Of a stretch of 64,000 nt of DNA, positions 28,521-37,695 are shown piece by piece. The notes beneath the pieces are model-generated. The model was not told where the DNA came from. It saw only the letters and a list, made by a program, of their open reading frames with translations, and did not search any database. The stretch covers positions 1 to 64,000 of IMG/VR virus record IMGVR_UViG_3300013132_000036, one strand, 5' to 3'. The DNA is from a virus. Made by a program: the position numbers and the translations under genes. The number at the start of each line of letters is the position of its first letter. Position 1 is the stretch's first letter.

Positions 28521-29528
28521 TTATATTCTTTTTACGTTCTTGTTGGCAAGAACAATGTCTATTCTTTCACCAAAAGGTTGGGAGTTAGGATAAGGCTCAT
28601 CATTGAAGGTTAGGAATACCCAAATACATCGGTCACCATATTCAGAAATGTCATAGTCATTTTCAGAAGGAAAACCTGCCTCACCGTCAGTAAAGTATAT
28701 AAAAACTGTGGGTGTTTCACCTTCCTGATCTATCATGTTTTTTTGAACCCATTTGAATGGGGGCCAAAAATAAGTTCCTCCTCCTCCCGCTATTTTATTA
28801 TAATCCGGAAGATCTCCTGGCTCTAATATATCTGGTTCATAAACTTGTGTGTCACAATACAATATAACTGTTTTATTTGGGTTATACTCTTGAGTTATAT
28901 TCGTAACTTCTCCTAGAAATTGTTCTATCATTTCTCTTGTAATAGATCCAGAGGTATCTATTGCAACAACTACACTCTGAAAATCTTCCTTATATCTCTT
29001 ATAGCCATATTGAGCTTTTCCTGATCCCAGAAATCTTCTAGAGGGTAATGTATATTTGGATTTAGATATAGCTTGATCTATATACTTTGAAAGTTCTTCT
29101 TTCCAATCTATAACAGGTCTTTTAGTTTTTTGAATTGCTCTCTTTAGCTGAGCCGGGATATTTCCTGCATTAGTACCTGCAATTCTAGTTATATCTTCCC
29201 ATTCTTCGGCTAATGTTTCACCATTAAGTCCGCTGTCTCCTCCGAGATCCCCAAGTTCCCCAGGTCTAAGAATTTCCCCTGGATTATACCCATCCTTGAC
29301 TTTAGGTCCTCCTCCTCCTGTTTCGGTCCTTTTAAATTCAGATTCTTCTTCCTTTATTTTACCATCTTTGTCCCTCTCCGGAACTTCCCTATCTGGAACG
29401 TCATCTCCCCACTCATCTATATTTTCTGGCTTAGGTATAGGAAAATCGGGGGGAAAATCTCCGGTTCCGCCTCCGCCGCCTCCTTCTCTAATTTCTTGTA
29501 TTCTTACGCCTGTTATTTTTGCTTTCAT
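28521..29528 (-). CDS. vWA domain protein (DUF2201 C-terminal type)
   Basis: IDWKEEL, PSRR, MIDAS VVAIDTSGS, GGGGT, YFTDG. Confidence 0.88.
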   Translation of the reverse strand: MKAKITGVRIQEIREGGGGGGTGDFPPDFPIPKPENIDEWGDDVPDREVPERDKDGKIKEEESEFKRTETGGGGPKVKDGYNPGEILRPGELGDLGGDSGLNGETLAEEWEDITRIAGTNAGNIPAQLKRAIQKTKRPVIDWKEELSKYIDQAISKSKYTLPSRRFLGSGKAQYGYKRYKEDFQSVVVAIDTSGSITREMIEQFLGEVTNITQEYNPNKTVILYCDTQVYEPDILEPGDLPDYNKIAGGGGTYFWPPFKWVQKNMIDQEGETPTVFIYFTDGEAGFPSENDYDISEYGDRCIWVFLTFNDEPYPNSQPFGERIDIVLANKNVKRI

Positions 29529-29562
29529 ATATTAAATCCTTTTTTTCATAGAACGTATTAAA

Positions 29563-30423
29563 TTAGAAGTCTAATTCTTTTTCTATATCATCTCCTAATA
29601 TATTTTCACCCTTAGCTTTTCTCTGTAGATATTCTTTAACCTTATTTTTCGGTATAGGATCATACTCAAGCTCACCTGATGTCTCGTCTATAGACTTAAC
29701 TATACCATAAGAATCATTATCTTTATCGTATATAATGTCACCAACTACAGGATCCTTTGGCGGTGGTGGAGGTGGTGGAGGTGTGGTCGGAGGATATCCT
29801 TCCTCAGGAACATATCCATTAGAAAGAAGCTTCTCATATATCCATTCTGCACTCCTGTTTACGAATTCATAATCATAAGGAACATGGCCACATCCAGGAT
29901 ATAATGATCCCTCTACCATTTTTCCTATCCCTCCTTTAGAAACAGGTTTAGGCTTATCGGAATTTATCGTGCTTGTATCTACGGGTGTTAACAACTGATT
30001 AAGTGCATAATCTGCTGCAACGTTCCATACACCTGCTTTAGTTTTATCCTTAGGACATCTTAAAAAGTGTACCAATGTATTGTGTAAAACCTCATGTGCA
30101 ATAACCCATATTATCTCCTCATCTGTACGACCTAGAACAAAATCTGGATCATAGTGTATACTAACACCATCAGTTGCCATTGTTTTATATTCAAGATTTC
30201 TGTTTTCTCTGATAATCAATCGAGATAACATCGATGCAAAAAATGGATATGATCCGTTTAGTAAAAATACACACGCCCTCATTTTTTTCAGAGCTGCGGG
30301 ATTGTGTGGTGTTTTGTTTCTTTCGTCTAAATAGATTGCTTCATTTAAACTGTTATACTCTGAATAACCAAATCTAGCATATTCAAAAATTGCAAAATCA
30401 CTGAAGGATAATATTCTTTTCAT
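29563..30423 (-). CDS. DUF2201-N-type HExxH metallopeptidase with capsid-targeting-like leader
   Basis: TMATDG, IAHEVLH, WNVAADYALN, SAEWIYE; poly-Pro linker; GATATATA at 30442-30449. Confidence 0.88.
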   Translation of the reverse strand: MKRILSFSDFAIFEYARFGYSEYNSLNEAIYLDERNKTPHNPAALKKMRACVFLLNGSYPFFASMLSRLIIRENRNLEYKTMATDGVSIHYDPDFVLGRTDEEIIWVIAHEVLHNTLVHFLRCPKDKTKAGVWNVAADYALNQLLTPVDTSTINSDKPKPVSKGGIGKMVEGSLYPGCGHVPYDYEFVNRSAEWIYEKLLSNGYVPEEGYPPTTPPPPPPPPKDPVVGDIIYDKDNDSYGIVKSIDETSGELEYDPIPKNKVKEYLQRKAKGENILGDDIEKELDF

Positions 30424-30440
30424 TCCTTTGTTTAATTACA

Positions 30441-32462
30441 CTATATATCCTCTTCAGAACCGTTTATTTGTTTGGTAAATTCATTGAAAAGAACTGCTAC
30501 TGATTTAGGAACTTTACTTTTAAATTGTTGAAAATCTCCGTCTTTTATGTAAGTCCTAATATCATTATTATTTGACCATTGAGGAGTTTTATATATTTCT
30601 ATATCTCCTCCCTCTAAGTCGTATTTATTTCTTACCCATTCTCTCTGTAGAATCATGTTTTCAAAATCTCTTTCCCCTATACATACTGACGCAGGGTTAG
30701 CATATTTAACAACTGCATTTAGAGCGTCTTCTAAAAGATTGGACGGTATTATCTGATACCCTGCAAAAAGCTTATTATTCTCCGATGTTAGAGATCCTAT
30801 TGATTTTCTTATTAAATCTTCAGAGAATGGATATTTTGATCCAGGCTCACTTCCTGGATGAACCACACAAAGGAAAACAGGTAAATTATTTTCCTTCTTT
30901 AATCTGGTACACATTTTTAAATGCCCATTATTAAAAGGCTGGAATTTCCCGATTACTATATTTACTTTCTGGTTGTTCTCGTTTAATATCTTAATCTTTC
31001 TTTTCTCTTTATGTGTAGTTACTACTTTTTTAAAATCTTTAAATGAAAAAAATTCGGATGCGTCTTCGCTTTTTTTCTCCTCCTCAGTTATAACCGTAGG
31101 CGTTTCTGATTCATTAAGAGAAACAGGATCTTCAGAAGAAGATCCCTCTATTATTTCTTCCAGCTCATCTATTTCATCTTCTTCTTCGCTCATTGTTGGA
31201 TTAAATTTGCTACCTGCTTTTTTAAACCAAACAAAGCTAGGAACTCCTAAAGATTCCTCTACTAAATCTTTTTTCTTAGCGTTTATATAGCCAGCGATTT
31301 CTTCAACTAGCATGTTAAACTGTTGTATTAGACCTTCTGTGAAAAATCCATGTGGTTTTCTTTTAAGCTTCCTGAAGGAATTAAGAATCATCTGGAGAAT
31401 GTCTATATAAACTTCATCATCTTCTATAGACTTTAACACCTCTTCATCGATTATTAAATCCTTGTTTATTTCAAATCCCTCTGATTTTAAATATTCAGGT
31501 TTTTGAAAATCAGCGCCTACGTATTTTTCTCCCTCCTCATATACAAATCTCTTAAATACATTAAAAACAAAACTGATGTATCTTTCTTCCGGATCGTTTC
31601 CTTCAGCTGTGAAATTTTCTACACCAGTCTCTAATATGAAATTCATTACATCTATAAGACATAAAGAATAAACATCGCTAGGGAAGTATGAAGTCTGGGT
31701 AACTTTTCTACTTTTGTTTATCTCATGGAAAACTGGATCAACCATTTTTGCTAAAACTGTTTCCTCCTTACCATCTTCATCTTCGAATCTGAAAACAAGA
31801 GAATCTATTTCCCCCTGTAGATCCTTACCAAGGGTTGTTCTTTCTACGTTTTTGTTTAATATAGAAATTAAATAGTTACTAAAGCTAGCAGTTTTAAATT
31901 TACTTTTAAGATCCATTAAAGGAGTTGAAAGGAAATCCATTATCGCTATCTTCTGATCCCTATTAAGTTTACCTTGGAATATAATAGGGGATCTCTCTAC
32001 TTCTAGCTTATCTGCCCACTCGTCTAGCTCGTTCTTATCCTGTAAATTTTTAATAACGTCGCCGAATTCATCTCTAACAACAACGTGTGTTAAAACAAGA
32101 TGATTTTTTGGTACCCTGTCGTATTCGATCCTAACAGGTTTTTTATTGGGAAAGTAAACCATTCCAAATCTCCACCCTTTAGGAAGCTGATCAGTGATTT
32201 CAAGTGACAATGATTCTATATAAATTATAGGCTTTTCGTAATATTTCATTAATATCCTATCAACCTTAGTTATAGGGTTATCTTGATCTTTTTTATAAAA
32301 AGATATATTATCTCCAGTAAAATCCCTCTCGAAAGAAAAAGAAGGTCCATCTAAATTCTCAGTTACTGTTAAATTTTTATTGAAAAGGCTTTCAATGAAG
32401 GACTTTCCTTTTTTCTCGTATATGTCCGTTAAGTATTTTATTCCAGCCATTAGTTTAAACAA
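30441..32462 (-). CDS. Fusion: RNA-ligase-like nucleotidyltransferase fold (motif I Lys replaced) plus HIGH-family cytidylyltransferase-like domain
   Basis: TVTENLDG (cf. TEKLDG), IIFQG, DSLVFR, LAKMVD; C-terminal IGKFQPFNNGH; acidic linker. Confidence 0.65.
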   Translation of the reverse strand: MFKLMAGIKYLTDIYEKKGKSFIESLFNKNLTVTENLDGPSFSFERDFTGDNISFYKKDQDNPITKVDRILMKYYEKPIIYIESLSLEITDQLPKGWRFGMVYFPNKKPVRIEYDRVPKNHLVLTHVVVRDEFGDVIKNLQDKNELDEWADKLEVERSPIIFQGKLNRDQKIAIMDFLSTPLMDLKSKFKTASFSNYLISILNKNVERTTLGKDLQGEIDSLVFRFEDEDGKEETVLAKMVDPVFHEINKSRKVTQTSYFPSDVYSLCLIDVMNFILETGVENFTAEGNDPEERYISFVFNVFKRFVYEEGEKYVGADFQKPEYLKSEGFEINKDLIIDEEVLKSIEDDEVYIDILQMILNSFRKLKRKPHGFFTEGLIQQFNMLVEEIAGYINAKKKDLVEESLGVPSFVWFKKAGSKFNPTMSEEEDEIDELEEIIEGSSSEDPVSLNESETPTVITEEEKKSEDASEFFSFKDFKKVVTTHKEKRKIKILNENNQKVNIVIGKFQPFNNGHLKMCTRLKKENNLPVFLCVVHPGSEPGSKYPFSEDLIRKSIGSLTSENNKLFAGYQIIPSNLLEDALNAVVKYANPASVCIGERDFENMILQREWVRNKYDLEGGDIEIYKTPQWSNNNDIRTYIKDGDFQQFKSKVPKSVAVLFNEFTKQINGSEEDI

Positions 32463-32893
32463 TTAATAATTTTTCTACCTTTTAAATTACAAATTAAAAG
32501 ATGTCCTATCCTTAAATTTTTCTTAGGTACAAAATCAGAACTTATTATATATTCCTCTAAAAATTTCATGATGCTGACTACTAAAATCCTAGATCTATAG
32601 CTTACTTCCGGATTATTATTTAAGTCATTTAATATGTCTATATAGTCTTCTAAGGAGCTTTTTTTATCCGGCTTAATCAATGCCTTAAAAATATCCTTTT
32701 CAATCGTGTATACAAGCTCTTTTTCTATAGTAATGCTCCAATTTCCTGTGACGTCTTCTGTTAATATTCCCCTTTCTCCTAAAAACGTCATAAATGAAAA
32801 ATCGTCGCCATCTGGAGAGACCGAATGAATCTTACATCCCGTATAGTGCTGTAAAACTGGATAAAGTGCGGTACTTTGTATATGGCTAAGCAT
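32450..32893 (-). CDS. Hypothetical protein
   Basis: 147-aa ORF tiling between neighbours. Confidence 0.65.
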   Translation of the reverse strand: MLSHIQSTALYPVLQHYTGCKIHSVSPDGDDFSFMTFLGERGILTEDVTGNWSITIEKELVYTIEKDIFKALIKPDKKSSLEDYIDILNDLNNNPEVSYRSRILVVSIMKFLEEYIISSDFVPKKNLRIGHLLICNLKGRKIINCLN

Positions 32894-32899
32894 TCTTTA

Positions 32900-33781
32900 T
32901 TATTCGTCTTCGTCTTCTTCGTCCTCGTCGTATTCTTCTTCGTCCTCGTCGTCTTCGATTTCGTCTTCCACTTCATCATCATCTCCTTGAGGAATAGTAG
33001 CAGAATACTCGTCATCTTCATCCTCATCCTCATCTTCATCCTCATCTTCCTCGTAGCTGCCTTCAGTTTCTTCCGGATGACCGTTATGCTCTTCTCCATA
33101 GGTATATCCAGAATTTGGATCTTCGTGTTCTTCCTCCTCTCCCATTTCTTCTTCCTCTTCTATCTCGTTCCAAACAGGTTGCATTTTACAAGTTAGATAT
33201 TTGCAATAAACATCTCCAGTTTTTCTGTCTTCGATTGTTACCATTCTAGGCCCGTTTATCTCGTCTAGTTCTATACTTGCAGCAAACATTTTAGACTCTT
33301 CTAAATTAGCAAAAGGTCCGAAAGTGTAAGCTCCTAGATCAGGAGTAGTTTTTACTTTAAGTGGAGAGGACATCATATCTTTACTGTATCTAATCATTTC
33401 TCCCCCTTTATCAAAATAAAAATCGTCACACATAGTTACGAAATGGTAGTTAGGATCCCCACCATCGCCTACCATCTGCTTAGCCATTTCCATGGTCCTA
33501 GACTCATTCATTTTCTTTTTGGCGAAATCAAATTTAGATCCAGTTGCTTTAGGTTTTATACCCTTCTCTTTTTTATAATCACTCCAAGCTTTAGATAAGC
33601 CATCCATGTACTTTTCTTGAGCTTTTCTATCACCTTGGAATTTTTTATCAAAAGGTCCAGAAACACCATGCTTCTTGTGGTACTTTTTAGAGAACTCAAG
33701 GTACATATTTCTTTCATTGACTACCTGACTTTCTTTTAGTTCTTGCTTCTTTTTTTCTACTGCTGAAGAGAATTTTTTCAT
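32900..33781 (-). CDS. Hypothetical head-associated protein with long D/E-rich tail
   Basis: Several xxE sites (LKES, VNE, MNES); C-terminal ~90 aa almost purely acidic. Confidence 0.6.
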   Translation of the reverse strand: MKKFSSAVEKKKQELKESQVVNERNMYLEFSKKYHKKHGVSGPFDKKFQGDRKAQEKYMDGLSKAWSDYKKEKGIKPKATGSKFDFAKKKMNESRTMEMAKQMVGDGGDPNYHFVTMCDDFYFDKGGEMIRYSKDMMSSPLKVKTTPDLGAYTFGPFANLEESKMFAASIELDEINGPRMVTIEDRKTGDVYCKYLTCKMQPVWNEIEEEEEMGEEEEHEDPNSGYTYGEEHNGHPEETEGSYEEDEDEDEDEDEDDEYSATIPQGDDDEVEDEIEDDEDEEEYDEDEEDEDE

Positions 33782-33784
33782 TTT

Positions 33785-34393
33785 TTATACATTATTTGTT
33801 TGGAATATAGGCTGGGCTGGGTTTGCCTGATGTTGATAATAGAGATTCACTCTATTTCTAGCTATATCATCTAATACAGGAACTTGTCCCATTACTACGT
33901 CACCTCTATTATAAAGATCCCCTATGTGATCTGCTAATTGATCCTCCGTTTTTATACTAGGAAGTTCGTTCTGTGCAAAGTCCTCATTTGTATGTCTCAT
34001 GAATTCTATATCTACTTTCTCATCACTAGGAGATTTTTTAGTGAATTCATATTTAGTAGGACCAAATACTCTTTTTAATACATTAGGTACAACAGATAAA
34101 GCGCCAAAAAGAATTTCAAATCCTGTATCAGGTCCCCCGTGGGTTCTCATTGATCTATTTTGTCTTACTTGTTGCTTTCCTATTTCTGCCGCTCTGTTTA
34201 TTCTATTTTCCATTTTTTGGAAAAAGTCACGAGTTTTCTGTAGAACAGTAGGATTGCTGCCTAATTCATAATGATTTTTAGCTCTATCTTCATAAGTAGA
34301 AGCATTGTTTCCTAAATGCCTCCTAAAGAAAAGATCTTCACTAGACTCATTAATTTGGCAAAAATCCTTGAAGTTTTTAATTTTATACATCAA
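33785..34393 (-). CDS. Hypothetical protein with capsid-targeting-like leader
   Basis: YKIKNFKDFCQINES; GATATATA at 34412-34419. Confidence 0.7.
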   Translation of the reverse strand: MMYKIKNFKDFCQINESSEDLFFRRHLGNNASTYEDRAKNHYELGSNPTVLQKTRDFFQKMENRINRAAEIGKQQVRQNRSMRTHGGPDTGFEILFGALSVVPNVLKRVFGPTKYEFTKKSPSDEKVDIEFMRHTNEDFAQNELPSIKTEDQLADHIGDLYNRGDVVMGQVPVLDDIARNRVNLYYQHQANPAQPIFQTNNV

Positions 34394-34426
34394 AGTGCTT
34401 TATTTCTACTCTATATATCCTATTTC

Positions 34427-35974
34427 CTAAATTTTGACGTTATATATTTTGTAATCGAAATGCTCCCTCTTATAAATCTCTATTCTTTCCTTGGAGTGCT
34501 TAAGCAAATAATTCTCTTTTCCTTCCCAAGCAAAATCATCTACAAAATCTATTATATTAACTTTCTCCTTCCCTTCGAACAATCTCATACCCCTTCCCAA
34601 ACTCTGTTTTATAAGTACCTCAGATTTATAGGACTCGGTTAAGAATATATTGTGGATGTTTTTTACGGAGATCCCAGTAGACATTGTTCCGAAAGAAGCT
34701 ACCATTATTTTATTAACTCCCTCCTCCATTCTTTTGGTGAATATATCTCTCTTGTCAGGCTCTGTATCTCCATCTATATAGTACGCTTCCCTATCGTTGC
34801 TTCTTTCCCTTATTCCATCATATATTTTCTTACCGTATCCTTCTCCAACAGATTGGAAAAGTATTAATGAGTTCTTTGATGTTTTGAGAACAAAATCTAT
34901 TATATAGTTAAGCCTTTTCTCTGAACCGACAACAAGTTTTCTTTCCAGATTAAAGATCTCATTACCTTCCATTTCAGTTTTGTTCTCTTTAAGGGAGGAT
35001 AATTTTTCTTTTATCTCGTCATCCATCCAATCCATTTTTACTATCTTAATAGAGACGGGGGTAGCATATTTGTTATCAAATAAAAACTTGGGTGATATCT
35101 CCATTATTAAAGGTCCGAGAAATTGCTGTATGGTTAGATATTCAGCAGTGTTTTTGTTTGCTAATGTTCCAGACAATCCAAATCTCCATTTAGAATCCTT
35201 ACAAACTGCTACAACTTTTTTTATAGAAGCACTTTGAGCTTGGTGACACTCGTCAACAAAAACAGCTTCGATGTCGTTAAAAAATTCAGGATCCATTTTC
35301 ACCAATGATTGATATGTTCCTATCATTAGTCCGCCTGATATTTTTTTCTTATTCGCACCGTGTATTTGTTGAATCTCGCAATCTTCTAATTTCTCTAATC
35401 CATATTCTTCGAAATCTTCAGCACCTTGTATAACAAGGTTTGTATTGGGAACTATCATAAGGAATTTCTTAACCTTCATTACTTCCTTAAGATATGACAT
35501 AACCATAAAAGCAATAAGAGTTTTTCCTGAGCTTGTAGCAACCTCAGAAACAGAGAGTTTAAATTTTATAATCTTCCATGCTGTTTCTATCTGGTAGTCT
35601 CTTGGCATCTTGTTAGGATCACCACCTACGCCATCTTTAAAAAATTCATTGATCCATTCGGTATAAGATTCAAGAGTGAAAGATTGATCTATTAATCTTT
35701 CTAATCCCTCTATTTTTACTTCGATCTTATATTTTTCACAGATCTGATATACCTCAGACCATAGACCTATAGGTATTCGCCAAACGGGTAATTTTTTATC
35801 AACAAAACAGATTGAACCATCCCAGTGTTTTTTCTTAACGAGCGGATGGAAAAAGTGGTTGTGTATCTTTTTAGTTAAAGAAATATCAATTTGTTTTCTT
35901 TCAAATTCCTCATTATAATCTACTAAGCTTAACCAGTTATTATCTTCACTTACCCTAAATATTAACATTATCAA
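34427..35974 (-). CDS. uvsW: UvsW-like SF2 DNA helicase
   Basis: WDGSI, PRDYQ, ATSSGKT, DECH, GLSGT, STGISVKNIH, QSLGRGMR. Confidence 0.9.
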   Translation of the reverse strand: MIMLIFRVSEDNNWLSLVDYNEEFERKQIDISLTKKIHNHFFHPLVKKKHWDGSICFVDKKLPVWRIPIGLWSEVYQICEKYKIEVKIEGLERLIDQSFTLESYTEWINEFFKDGVGGDPNKMPRDYQIETAWKIIKFKLSVSEVATSSGKTLIAFMVMSYLKEVMKVKKFLMIVPNTNLVIQGAEDFEEYGLEKLEDCEIQQIHGANKKKISGGLMIGTYQSLVKMDPEFFNDIEAVFVDECHQAQSASIKKVVAVCKDSKWRFGLSGTLANKNTAEYLTIQQFLGPLIMEISPKFLFDNKYATPVSIKIVKMDWMDDEIKEKLSSLKENKTEMEGNEIFNLERKLVVGSEKRLNYIIDFVLKTSKNSLILFQSVGEGYGKKIYDGIRERSNDREAYYIDGDTEPDKRDIFTKRMEEGVNKIMVASFGTMSTGISVKNIHNIFLTESYKSEVLIKQSLGRGMRLFEGKEKVNIIDFVDDFAWEGKENYLLKHSKERIEIYKREHFDYKIYNVKI

Positions 35975-36438
35975 TAATTATTTCTAACAGCACCAGATCT
36001 TAAATACTCCTCCAGTGCTATTCTGCTTTTCACCCCGTATAACATGTGATCCACAGTTTTCATAGTTTCATTAAAGAAATAAATCTGGCCATCAACTAGG
36101 TCCATCCTTTCTTTTAATTCAGATAGATCTCCCTCTATTAAAGGGGTCTTTTCATTTGCTCCATATTTAACTTGAACAGATTCCGAATAATATCTAAGTC
36201 TTTCAGCTTTATCTTTTCTATACTTAGCATTAAGCTTTACCATAACCTGTCCTAGCTTTGAATACATTTCCAATAGAACCTGCCTACTAGAATATAGATC
36301 AACTTGAACCTCAGCTAACTCTTTTATATTTTTCATCCGAATAGAGAGAGTCCTTATTTTCTCCGTCCATTCTTCCCTTTCCAACTGGAAATCTCTAGCG
36401 AAATCCTTCTTATCTACATTAGGCTGTTGCTCTGACAT
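35971..36438 (-). CDS. UvsY-like recombination mediator
   Basis: 155-aa helical protein with RYYS...IEGD pattern, adjacent to uvsW as in T4-like phages. Confidence 0.6.
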   Translation of the reverse strand: MSEQQPNVDKKDFARDFQLEREEWTEKIRTLSIRMKNIKELAEVQVDLYSSRQVLLEMYSKLGQVMVKLNAKYRKDKAERLRYYSESVQVKYGANEKTPLIEGDLSELKERMDLVDGQIYFFNETMKTVDHMLYGVKSRIALEEYLRSGAVRNNY

Positions 36439-36623
36439 TTATTATTTTTTTTATTTTTAGATATTTCTTTCACTTCAGAACTTATCTTACTTTTTAGTTT
36501 AGGAATTGAAAAGTTTTCAGAAACATCAAATTCGGGTAGCTCTAAATCCCCTTTAATATCTATAGGAAATTTTATCTTATTATTATTTTTTTTAGGCTTT
36601 TTCATATATCTATAATATCCCAT
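36414..36623 (-). CDS. Small basic hypothetical protein (true start possibly 36605)
   Basis: Fills the gap between primase and the UvsY-like gene. Confidence 0.45.
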   Translation of the reverse strand: MGYYRYMKKPKKNNNKIKFPIDIKGDLELPEFDVSENFSIPKLKSKISSEVKEISKNKKNNKCQSNSLM

Positions 36624-37675
36624 TTATCAGAGGAGAAGAAATTATCCAATCTTTTTATTTTCTTTCCTGTGGATCTAACATAGTTAACTACATCATTCAA
36701 ATCCCATTTATCTCTCTCTGGCAAATCGCACTCTTTTATGAATCTACCCCAAAGAAAAACTTGTTCACCTTTTTCTAGGAATTCTCTAGCTTTTTGTCTA
36801 CCAACATCATCACCGTCCAACATCCATCTCTTATTACCAACATCAAAAGGAAATGGGTTGTTTATAGAACACAATGCTATTGCATTAGGACAGAGCCAAG
36901 CATCTAAAGGCCCCTCGAATGTTGTTATCATGGAGTCCAAATCAACTGTAGAAAATCCAAATACACTAGATATAGGATCAACCTCCTCAGCTTTTAATAT
37001 TGTTTCTGGCTCCGTTATTTTTAGAAGATTCTTGTATATCCCACTAAGCTTGTAGGTGTAATATTTACTTCCTCCATTCTTTTTTGCTACTGGCCTAATT
37101 TGGAGGCCAAGTACTTTGGTCTCGTCTCCAGACAGATTTAATAAATATAAATTCCTTCGAGAAGGATCCCAAAGAAATTTAGAATCCGGTATATGATTTC
37201 TTTGGAGCAACCACTTTTCTCCATAAGTTCCTGGTAGTTCTATTAGATCTAATTTATTCTTTAGATCCTCTCGGTCAACCAATATTTCCTTGTAATTTTC
37301 AGCAAAGAAATAATCTAATGAATTTCTTATTTTCTTCCTTATGGTCGAATCCCTAGATATCTGAGCTATTTCTGATATCTCGTCAGAAGAAAGCATAGAT
37401 TGTATTTCAAAATCTCTAGTTAATTGATTGAGATTTTTAAAAATACCGCATCCTCCATTATAACATTTGTAGGTTAAAGTGTCTAGATATAGATTTCCTC
37501 TTTTCTTCTTAGCGTCTTTGGAATCGCCACAATAGGGGCAACAGAAATTTAATCTATTGCCCCCTTGGTAAATTTTTAATCTATAAGGATCATTACCAAA
37601 GAACTTAAGTAGAGCGGAAGATACTATTCCTTTTACTCTATCTACTGATAGTCCACTTAAAGCCTTCGATTCCAT
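36602..37675 (-). CDS. DNA primase (T4 gp61-like)
   Basis: NFCCPYCGDS...KKRG...YKCYNGGC zinc ribbon; TOPRIM FEGPLDA, LDGD, WDLND. Confidence 0.92.
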   Translation of the reverse strand: MESKALSGLSVDRVKGIVSSALLKFFGNDPYRLKIYQGGNRLNFCCPYCGDSKDAKKKRGNLYLDTLTYKCYNGGCGIFKNLNQLTRDFEIQSMLSSDEISEIAQISRDSTIRKKIRNSLDYFFAENYKEILVDREDLKNKLDLIELPGTYGEKWLLQRNHIPDSKFLWDPSRRNLYLLNLSGDETKVLGLQIRPVAKKNGGSKYYTYKLSGIYKNLLKITEPETILKAEEVDPISSVFGFSTVDLDSMITTFEGPLDAWLCPNAIALCSINNPFPFDVGNKRWMLDGDDVGRQKAREFLEKGEQVFLWGRFIKECDLPERDKWDLNDVVNYVRSTGKKIKRLDNFFSSDKWDIIDI

Positions 37676-37695
37676 AACAATCCATTATTATTTTA

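Noticed and set aside
32788-33196. Overlapping ORFs 32788-33099 (-) and 32876-33196 (+)
   Set aside because: Alternative-frame readings of the low-complexity D/E-coding tract
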